A DNA stretch of 64,000 bases from Octopus bimaculoides. Its lineage: Eukaryota. Shown one piece after another: positions 53,814 through 64,000 of this stretch. The stretch is taken from the NCBI RefSeq assembly GCF_001194135.2, contig NC_068989.1, forward strand, positions 63,164,546 to 63,228,545, given 5' to 3'. The notes beneath the pieces were generated by a model. It searched no databases, was not told the DNA's origin, and worked only from the letters and a program-made list of their open reading frames with translations. Numbering within the stretch: position 1 is the first letter of the stretch; each line of letters starts with the position of its first letter. Position numbers and translations under genes: made by a program.

Positions 53814-54178
53814 AGGCGCAGGAGTGGCTGTATTAAAAAAGCTTGGTTCTGGCTTCAGTCGCACTGCGTGTCACCTTGGATAAGTGTCTTCTACTATAAC
53901 CTCTGGCTGAACAATGCTTTGTGAGTGGATTTATATATATATCTATGTGTGTGGAGGGGGGGGGGGGGGTGAGTGTATGTATTCCCGCGTGCGACTTTGT
54001 GTCTTTCTTTGTCCGAAGTTGGTGTATTTATGTCCCCACAAAACCTAGTGGATCGGGAAACGCGATCGATAGAATAAGTACTAGGCTTGCAAAGAATAAG
54101 TCCGGAGGGGCGGTGATTTCTGCGATTAAAGGGGGTACTGCAGCATGGCCGCAGTCAAATAACTGAAAGGTGTAAAAA
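53814..54178 (+). mobile_element. SINE family B, near full length
   Basis: AGGCGCAGGAGTGGCTG...CACCTTGGATAAGTGTCTTCTAC...CGATAGAATAAGTACTAGGCTTGCAAAGAATAAGTCC...CAGCATGGCCGCAGTCAAA. Confidence 0.88.
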
Positions 54179-54408
54179 TCGTTAAAGAGATAGATATTTA
54201 CAAATTTCTAAAAAAAAAGCAGAAGGTGTGGTCGATTTAAATGGAGCATATATTATTGTAAATGATATATATATATTATTGTGTTTAGGGAGTGTATCAT
54301 TATTTAACAAACTCACCAGAAATAAGTAAATTAGGGGAAATCGAACCGGTGAGTGTGTTAAATGGTAAGACGCTAAAAGAGAAGTACTTTAAAGTAAAGA
54401 CTATTTGG

Positions 54409-54864
54409 CAACATAAAATGGCAGTCCAGTATGGGACGAATGCTACTGTCTTTGATCCCCAGGAACCACCGTCTCCAGTGAGCTGTACGACACAATATCT
54501 GTGTTCTCAAATTTTCGAACAGGAGAGTTCAGCATCTTCATTCTGCACAAAGTAATATCTAATTTAAAGTACTTTTACTGTATGTCTCTCTTTCTATTTA
54601 TTAGGTCAGTGTTTGTGTGCCATTTTCAAAATTATATATATTTTTGAACGAGAATCTAGAAGCGCCACCTTAACCGAGAAAGATAATTAACTCAGAAACC
54701 GCGGCCGTATGCAGATACTGCTTTGTGCTAAGTGGGAATGCTAAACTCCCCTGTTCAAAAATATAAGGACACAGATATTGTGTTGTATATCTAGCTAGAA
54801 GTGATGTTTCCTGGGACAAAACAAAAGTAGCACTCGTCCCAACCGGGACTGCCACATTATGCTG
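54409..54864. repeat. Inverted repeat: 152-bp arms (54409-54560 and 54713-54864), 152-bp spacer
   Basis: Ungapped manual alignment gives 113/152 identities. Confidence 0.92.
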
Positions 54865-54871
54865 GAAAATA

Positions 54872-54909
<38 letters not shown>

Positions 54910-56926
54910 GTATATATAGATGTATGTATGTTATTTATATATATACGCTTATACATACATATATGTGTGGTTGTGTGTGTGTGTTCGCTAGCGCATGCAT
55001 GCGTGTACTTCATGGAATACGTTGTAACTGCTCTAACAGCGTGCAAAATTATACATTTTTGCAATTGCCTTCATAACTCACATTATATCGGTGAGTATTT
55101 AACGTATATTCTTTAACAACATCGTGTATATAATCCCAAGTCTTCCGCATGCCCGACTCCCTTTTCTAGTAACAGTAAAAACACTAACATTGTGGAAAAT
55201 ATCCATTTGTATTTTAATTCATGAACTATACTTTGAAAATCGCCGATCAAATGTTACTTTATTCCATTTATTCTTTTAGCAAACATTGCTAGATGTTCCG
55301 CGTTCAACTATATGATGAATGCAAATAATTTCAATGGATGTTTAATGACAAATCATAACTGCAGTAACACAGAGATATATTTATGAAATGTGGAATAAAG
55401 TATGTTCATAGTAACGCGCACGCGTCTGTACCCCCCCCCCCACACACACACGCACACACAAACATATTATATACACAGACTGTTGATTACATATGTGAGT
55501 ATACATAGAAGTCTGTGTATTCCTATATGTATATGCATAATACTAGATAGTTGTGTGTAAATGAGTCTATGATCATATAATCAGTCCCTTTATAGATAGA
55601 TAACACATGTTGAAAATTTAATGCAATAATATCTAACTACACAAATAAGCAAAACTATTAATTTAAACAGTCTACAGATATAAAATATTGGGTAAATAAG
55701 ATCTTTACTTAAGAAATGTCAAACACTGCCGAATGGATAATGATTAATCTTTTGTTTTATTGACTGTTGTATTCGGTGTCAGAAAACCAATTTGTTTTTC
55801 AAATATCCAAGTAGTATAAATACCCGGTGCTATGTTTTTTTTTTATCAATTTTCGAAAAATAGACTTTATACAAATAATCCTCTTCCTTCGAATTCCTTA
55901 ATCCTTAAATTCAGTTCGCAAGAAAATCTTGGTAGATATTGTTATATGATAAATAACGTCGCTAAAAGTATTTTCATCTCAACTAATCTTGTTTGAATTC
56001 TGTTGGTATCAATACCACCTTTCATCCTCTCAGATTCGCTATGTAAGCTATAGTAATATGCTAACGTACTTCAGCTATGCAACTTGGAATAGTCTTGATC
56101 TTGTGCTAATGATAGGAAGTATCAGAGTGACCAATAAAGTATCGGATTAGTCACTATTTCTTTCTGCGCATTTACGTTCGAAATTCATATCCAACATTGT
56201 TTAACGTTGCCACATTTGCACATCGTTGAAATAAAGTGTGAGTGAAGTCCTGAGAGGGATTTTATTTTTTTATAATTTCCAGTAAAGGTGTGGCGCTGTG
56301 CTTTTCTTCAGAAATGTTTGTTTTTCACATTTATAACTTCTCTTCAGTCTAGAGCTGTAAAATTTCAAGAATTATTTCATAAATGGTTATCTCAATATTT
56401 TCGTTATGTTTATATAATAGCTTTCCACTTTTTGCACAGAAAGGTTTCGTTCATTTGTATATTGTTCCGAGTAAATTTCATTTATTGTAACGAACCTGAA
56501 TAGTGAAATTCAACTAAACTTAAGAAATTGTCTTCCCTTTAAAAATATATGGCAGGTCACACTTATTTCCTGCGTTGGTCATACTCATAAACAAATAAAA
56601 ATATGTAACATTATCTGATTTTTCCGAAGCTTAAATTAATGGCTGAAATGCTAAAGTTAACCCATATACGCATGAATAAAACCGTACGTGTATATGCATG
56701 AAGATCTATCAGTTTTAGTTCCTTTCTCTTTACCCATATATCATGTGCAATGGAAGTTTTACTACTCATGCCTTTGAGCAAGGTTAATATAGTATTTAAC
56801 AACTGATTCTTTTGTATTGGTTTAAAACGGAGACTTGTTGTGAAGATAGACACTATAAAACTTTTAGATAATTATCCAGTATGCTATCAGGGCAGCAACT
56901 TTAACTTTTTATAAAGCGCACTATAT

Positions 56927-57750
56927 ATTACACATAATATATATGTATATGTATGTGTGTGTATGTGTGTATACACACATACACATACATACACACAGAT
57001 GTACATAAACATACACAGACACATACATACACACACACACACACACACACGCACACACACACACACACATATATATATATTACGAAACGTTCATGTAGAA
57101 CATTACGTTACTGTAGTCCATCACTCCAGCAATGAATTAACTAAATAACATGGCCCTAACCTAACTTAAATCATAAAACAGGAGACAGTCATGGTTGTTT
57201 ATATATTACATGGATGTACATTTGCAGCTGTTGAAGGAAAATTTAAACCCAAATATATCAACCATCTTTAGACTTTTACTCACTGTAATATATTCAACTA
57301 CTCTTTCAGCTTTAATCTGGAAACTTAAAGACGAAAGGACTCATTACAACACCATATGAAAACTACATCATATGCAAACTGTAACGTTGTATAGAAAATC
57401 ATTTTCAAAATCAAACTCTACCGTAAATGGGTCAAAAAGATGTTCAGTATGTACACTTAAAAAACAATATTTTTTTAAGAATTTAAGAGCCTCCAGCGAC
57501 TAAGTAAGTTCTAGGAACAAGTTTCTTTCTGTTTGCATTAAACAAAATACATCTTGGCGGAAATTAAAGATAGGCCACCGAATACATTGTAAACCATTAT
57601 TTTGACCACGCATTTTGACATGTGTTCACTATAAAGTTTGGTTATTTCCCCTGTGTTCTTTTTGTCTTCTTTCTTTTGAGCGTTCTTTGTTCAAACGTCA
57701 TCTGCTTAGAAAGGAACTTAGAAACGGTCACCACACATGAACGTTTCGTA

Positions 57751-57844
<94 letters not shown>

Positions 57845-57938
57845 GTCTGTGTATGTTTATGTACATCTGTGTGTATGTATGTGTATGTGTGTATACACAC
57901 ATACCCACACATACATATACATATATATTATGTGTAAT
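56927..57938. repeat. Near-perfect inverted duplication (56927-57096 and 57735-57938) around a unique spacer
   Basis: Arms differ by one substitution outside the pure (CA)n/(TA)n runs, which differ in length. Confidence 0.92.
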
Positions 57939-58225
57939 TGCAACCAATCTTTAAGCACTGACGACGGAAATGTGAAACTCGTGATAATGTCTGAATATTT
58001 TGATTCCAATGATGAATAATATATACCTATAAATCTATTTATATATATGCATGTATGTAAATATGTATTATGTATCTATTTATCTACCTGTTTTTCTATA
58101 TATATATGTGTGTGTGCGTGCGTGTAAGTTTANNNNNNNNNNNNNNNNNNNNNNNNNNNNNNNNNNNNNNNNNNNNNNNNNNNNNNNNNNNNNNNNNNNN
58201 NNNNNNNNNNNNNNNNNNNNNNNNN

Positions 58226-58260
<35 letters not shown>

Positions 58261-59180
58261 TATACATATATATATATGTTTGTGTGTGTGTGTGTTTGTG
58301 TGTGCGTACGTCTATATATACACATATTTATGTACATGCGTATATGTGTTCGCAAAGTTTTCAAAACCCATTTCCTTTTCCAGTGAAATGTTTCAAATTG
58401 TCTGGTTCGTTATAAGTAATTTACAGCGTGAGATTAATTACTCTCATCAATCACAATACAAACTAATCAGCTTTTATTCTTCATTCTTACTTCAACTCTT
58501 ACTTCAAACGTCCGCAGTAATACAGAATAAAACTAAAAAAATTAAAAAATAAAATAAAATGAAATGAAATAAAATAAAGGAATATAAAACCTCTTGTTAT
58601 AAATTTAATGAAAATTAGATGAACTTAGGAGTGCTTGGTAAGACACTGAAGCGATTAGAATCGATTTAGTCTATTGTTATTTAAATTATCCATACTGGTA
58701 CAAATATCCAGAATGTATTAAACAGTTATCAAAATTTCATATCATCAATAAAACAGCGGGACATTTCTTTCCTCCTTCATTTCCTTTTTATCTGTGTTTC
58801 TTTCTAACTTACTTTTGTTATTTTCTTCATTTCCTTTTCGTTTTCATTTTGTGCCTGTCATATATTTCGCTTCGAGTGACGTCACATCAAACTATCTCCC
58901 AGTGTACTTCTGTGACCTCGTCAATTAACATCTTCATCATCGATTGATTGTTGACATGCTCTATATACATCAGCATTGGTGGGTAGAAATAATTACCATC
59001 ATCAGTCAATAGAAATCTCAGGAACACATATAACCTCTTTAATTATGATGTCGACCGAATTTTAAATATACTTACAGAAAACTTGACTAATGAAATTGAT
59101 TCCATACAACAACATAAAAATTAAGTGTAGGCGAACGAAATTGTGCCTACATATATCATATATCATTGCAGAAGTAACTG

Positions 59181-59307
59181 TGTCGTTAAGATGTTAAGAA
59201 TTTTAGAGGTTAAGATTGTTAGTGTTCATCAAACTTTGCTGGTGACCATTGAATACATATATGTGGGTTGCTGTATAAATACATACATACATACATACAT
59301 ACATACA

Positions 59308-59356
<49 letters not shown>

Positions 59357-59379
59357 CCTTACAAACATGCATACATACA

Positions 59380-59410
<31 letters not shown>

Positions 59411-59630
59411 GTATGTATATACACTTAATATATTCCCAAATACTCTGCCAGCAATTGTACCTAATCAAAACAACACTCAACGATCTATAACAATTTCTCA
59501 ATAACTTCCTGCAACTCCACAAACTCATGAAGGACACCTTTTGCCTTCCTGCGATTGCTCATCTCTCGCTCTCAGTCAAACACGCTGGTAGTACATTATA
59601 ACAGGGGGTGTCATGATACTTGCCATGACA
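59181..59630 (-). mobile_element. Probable 3' LTR of the adjacent gypsy element, inflated by microsatellites
   Basis: Minus strand begins TGTCATGG just after purine-rich AAGAGGAGACA (PPT-like, 59631-59641) and ends CTTAACGACA, giving TGTC...GACA termini. No second LTR is visible to confirm it. Confidence 0.55.
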
Positions 59631-62005
59631 TGTCTCCTCTTGAAATTTGACATGAGTAGGGAGTGTTTATTTGATTTTCTTCAATCTTTTTCATCATCAC
59701 CTCTGTGTCTTTTTGAGATTTTAATTTCCTCAGAAGTTTTAATGCTTTTTACGGTCAGTGACTACTTCTAGTCGTTCCGTTTGTTTATGTTTTCTATTGC
59801 TGATCCGCTTAGGCTCAAGCGTTTTAGGCTTTGGAACATCGAACTGGTCATAACAAATTTACGTCGGTATTTTTTCTTTCTTCTCTATGTCTAGTCTCCA
59901 ACTGGCCCAATTGTCGTTTGTGCTCTCCTATTTAACCTTATATTATGTACATCATACTGCCTATTCTTTTCGTCACAATACCATCCTCCCAACCTTGACT
60001 TCCATTGTTATATATTTTGGAATGAACTTCCCCATTAAAATATTTTGCTGTGTTTTTTGGGTTTCACTATAAGTTTTTTTTTTTTTTTTGCAGGTAACCA
60101 TTTATGAAAAATTGGTTTTATCTTCAGAACAAACATTAGCTCTGCGGGTGACTTGCCTGAACAGGTGTTCGGGTTAGGTGTTACCCTGTAAACCCTTAAG
60201 AATTGAGTTAGTGCTGCCTCATTGCCTAATTCATTTCCTAATTTTTTTAGTGCTCACTTAAATGTGTCTACGAAACTTTCTTCTTGCCCATTTGATCTCG
60301 GGTGGTACGGCGGAGTATAGATGAGATTGATTGCACGCCTCTCACAGAAATTTTAAAATTCGGACACCGAAAGATGCGTTCCGTTATCCGGTATTATGTT
60401 GTCCGAGGCATTGTATCGAGCAAAACATTCTTCAAGGAACTGTATTGTTACCTCCGAGGTTGGTTGACTGCATTTACTCCGGCCACTTGCTATAGCTGTC
60501 TACTATAATCAGATAATACACGCCGTTTAAAGGTTCAGCAAAATTTTTATGCAACCTGGACCACGGACTAACTGTCTTAGGCCACGATTGGAATTTCACC
60601 GGTGGTGACTTTGCTGCAAGAGCACAACCTCTGCAGGATTTCACCAAATTTTCAATATCATGGTCCATTGTATACCAATATAGGTAACTCCTCATCACTG
60701 ATTTCCTTCTTGAAATTCCTGGTTATCCCGCATGAAATTAACTTAATATATGCTTTTGTAATCCGGCTAGCGCTACAAAACTTTGTGCGTACATCAACAC
60801 ATTGTCACACAGAGGAAATTGGTTCGCATTCGGGTTACGTATATTAATATATTTTCTTTTATCTTCAACGCTTGTTTCATCTTGGCAATGAATTTGTCAT
60901 TCTCCGATTTCAATTTTATATCGTGAACAGTTACTGGCAGCGTCGAATGACGTTACACAAATTTCTTTTTTTCATTTTCCGCTAATAATGACGCTATCAC
61001 CGTGTCTTCCAATAGTTCCGCATTTTTTTACATTTTTCCTTCACAGTTTTCACCACGAAATGTGATGTCGCTTACTATTACGCCCGAGAAGTGTAATCTT
61101 CCACCTGTGACGCCTCACGCACTTTTCGTTCTTTTTTTTTATGTAGGTTTCTCAATTTTATTCCACGTATCGGTGTCAATAATTGCAATGCCGCTAGCTG
61201 TGTCTAGCTGTAGTTTCACGTTGGCGTCATTCATTATTACATACACATACTTTGTTTTTTGGGGTGTCGTCACGACTATCCGTTGAGCCAACCTTTTTAG
61301 AAGAATAACTTTTTCTCGACCTGTTTTGCTTCGCTATGCAGTTCGAGCTTATATGTCTTAATTTTTGACAGCTTAAACATTTTCGAGTTTTAAATAGACA
61401 GTATTTCTTTAAATGCAAACCTCCACACCCATTACATGGATTTCGCTATAGCATCCATTTTCTTTATTTATTCCTGGTCAAAAATGGCTGTACTTGAGAG
61501 GAATTTTTTCTTCAATTTTCTTTACGAGGTGTCGTAAGCTGATAATTCTTTGACATTCCACTGCTACTGCCTTCAGGGCTAAATCATGGTTCTTCAGTTC
61601 TAGTTTTGTAAGGAACCGTACACCTTTGTCTGCCGTCAAACTTTGCACAGAGATGAGGCATTTAACCATGTCAGTAGATAATCCCTTCAGTCTAAATTTC
61701 TGTGCACATTCTATTTACGATTCCAGCATAACCGACAAAACCTCCGTCTTGTTTTTATTATTAAATTCAAACACTTCCAGCCTGTATTAAACAGAGAACT
61801 CTTATCTCTGAACATTTCGGGTAGCAATTCAATTGTTTTCTCAAAACAAAGTTCATTAGTTTTTTTTAAGCAAGATAAAATTGCAGTATTTTTCATGTTC
61901 TGAGGGACCTAGTTTCCGCAACAGTAGTCTCAGTTTTTCATCGTCTGTCTAACACTTACATTCTTCCTTGAAGATTTCTTCATATCTTCTGAAGTATTTG
62001 TATAT
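59631..62005 (-). mobile_element. Decayed Ty3/gypsy internal region: gag, protease, integrase; RT/RNase H absent
   Basis: gag MVKCLI...LALKAVAVECQRI; zinc knuckle CLFKTRKCLSCQKLRHISSNC; protease VKLQLDTAS; integrase MRSYLYWYTMDHDIENLVKSCRGC...YYLIIVDSYSKWPE and FVDTFK...FLRVYRVTPNP...SPAELMF. Confidence 0.93.
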
Positions 62006-62214
62006 ATATNNNNNNNNNNNNNNNNNNNNNNNNNNNNNNNNNNNNNNNNNNNNNNNNNNNNNNNNNNNNNNNNNNNNNNNNNNNNNNNNNNNNNNNNNNN
62101 NNNNNNNNNNNNNNNNNNNNNNNNNNNNNNNNNNNNNNNNNNNNNNNNNNNNNNNNNNNNNNNNNNNNNNNNNNNNNNNNNNNNNNNNNNNNNNNNNNNN
62201 NNNNNNNNNNTTTA

Positions 62215-62415
62215 TGTTTGTGTGCGTATGTTTGCCCCACACCAGCATCGCTTGACAACTGATGCTGGTGTGTTTACGTCCCCGTAACTTAGTGGTTGGA
62301 CAAAAAGAGACCGATAGAATAAGTACTAGGCTTACAAAGAATAAGTCCTGGGGTCGATTTGCTCGACTAAAGGCGGTGCTCCAGCATGGCCGCAGTCAAA
62401 GGACTGAAACACGTA
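62215..62415 (+). mobile_element. SINE family B, 3' half
   Basis: GCTTGACAACTGATGCTGGTGTGTTTACGTCCCCGTAAC...CGATAGAATAAGTACTAGGCTTACAAAGAATAAGTCCTGGGGTCGAT...CAGCATGGCCGCAGTC. Confidence 0.92.
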
Positions 62416-62792
62416 AAATAGTGCATATATACGAATACAAAGCTTCACACTCTTTACGCGCGCATTCAAAAAGAAAAGTTTATTGGAGTCAATGATAAAA
62501 GGCATTTGTCCCAATCACCACTTATTGGATCGAATCCGGTTCCTCGTGAAGGGAAACAAACTTCTTAATTACTCGGAAATGTCCAAATATTCAAACATGA
62601 ACTGTTAGATTCAAAACAAAAAAAAAGTGAAATGCAACAGTGAAATCAATTGAAATTTACTTGGTAATTCTCCTTCTGTTTAGGGTTCATGACCTCTTTA
62701 TCGAGACACGTAGAGAAATGAGCGGTGGAATACGACCGTTATTTTAGCTGTAGTTCTTGCTGTTGTTTAATGATGTATTCACTTTATTAACT

Positions 62793-63541
62793 GGGATAGC
62801 CTGATAATCTACTTGACTCAGAAGTTGTCTCTGCATTGCGTTCCATATCCTCGGTTGGGCAAGTCTTGTGCTGAATCTGGCAACTTCTGTTATTCAATTT
62901 TCACTTGTGTATTTCATTGTGCATTGCTTCTGCTTTAACANNNNNNNNNNNNNNNNNNNNNNNNNNNNNNNNNNNNNNNNNNNNNNNNNNNNNNNCAGCC
63001 AAACTGCTCTATATTAATACACTTTCCGCTGGTTTTACTGCACATGTGTATACAGATAAATGCTTATACTCACGTATGTGTGCATGTGTGCGTGTATGTG
63101 AGTGTGTGTGAACTGCCCTTTGTCTATGTGAGCGTTTCTTTGATTGTAGATATGTTTGTGCATGAGCTTCTATGTGTTCCTAATGAAAACGTTTATGATC
63201 ATCAATATATCCTCTTCCAGCAATGGTATTTCCTCTTCCACTAATGACATTCCAGCAATGATATTAGGGATAAACACGTGTTTTCAAATGCAATTGGTTA
63301 TAATTTCTTTCTGAAAAGTAGATGTTTATTTGCAAGGGTGTTGCATACTAAATAAAACTGCAGACAATTGACTGATTTCAAGACATGAAAATAATAAACT
63401 TATGGTGGATGCAATTTATCTCGCTCTCATACATTTTCATGAATTCACGAGTAACAAATTTCATATGCAACATTGACAACGTGTGTGAAATTTAATAGCT
63501 TCTCTCCATGTCAAAAAATGTTTGCGCCATACATACATACA

Positions 63542-63573
<32 letters not shown>

Positions 63574-64000
63574 NNNNNNNNNNGGGATAGCCTGATAATC
63601 TACTTGACTCAGAAGTTGTCTCTGCATTGCGTTCCATATCCTCGGTTGGGCAAGTCTTGTGCTGAATCTGGCAACTTCTGTTATTCAATTTTCACTTGTG
63701 TATTTCATTGTGCATTGCTTCTGCTTTAACAACTTTTTATCTAATCAGCCAAACTGCTCTATATTAATACACTTTCCGCTGGTTTTACTGCACATGTGTA
63801 TACAGATAAATGCTTATACTCACGTATGTGTGCATGTGTGCGTGTATGTGAGTGTGTGTGAACTGCCCTTTGTCTATGTGAGCGTTTCTTTGATTGTAGA
63901 TATGTTTGTGCATGAGCTTCTATGTGTTCCTAATGAAAACGTTTATGATCATCAATATATCCTCTTCCAGCAATGGTATTTCCTCTTCCACTAATGACAT
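62793..64000. other. Identical tandem duplication (62793-63250 and 63584-64000), probable assembly artefact
   Basis: No differences at compared positions; copy 2 starts right after a 10-N gap. Confidence 0.75.

Noticed and set aside
57958-57991. Hammerhead-like CTGACGA...GAAAC...GTC
   Set aside because: Stem II closing pair is C-U and stem I has only 2 bp; at best a dead relic.
58877-58884. CRE palindrome TGACGTCA
   Set aside because: A single 8-mer is expected about once per window of this size.
60072-60100. (T)n-GCAG|GTAACC recursive-splice-like motif
   Set aside because: Arises from an expanded A-run within the antisense gypsy integrase tail; no independent support.

Overview
AT-rich eukaryotic DNA with about 4.6 kb of N in 19 gaps, mostly beside (TA)n/(CA)n microsatellites. 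The SINE families, R4/Dong LINE ends, Tc1/mariner relics and Ty3/gypsy remnant look like an octopus (coleoid cephalopod) draft genome; this is recognition from memory, not a database result. I find no intact multi-exon host gene. Every long ORF in the track is a microsatellite, a low-complexity tract, an N-spanning artefact or a decayed transposon fragment. The window reads as repeat-rich intergenic or large-intron sequence. Best leads: (1) a near-perfect inverted duplication flanking a unique 638-bp spacer (56927-57938); (2) an ungapped 152-bp, 74%-identical foldback (54409-54864); (3) a diverged segment present twice about 27 kb apart, with a silent-site excess suggesting a formerly coding exon (2490-2870 and 29560-30007); (4) a gypsy and an R4/Dong element that both lack the RT but keep flanking domains; (5) a few isolated exon-like and promoter-like signals. 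None is established as a new biological system; all need long-read, RNA-seq or homology checks.
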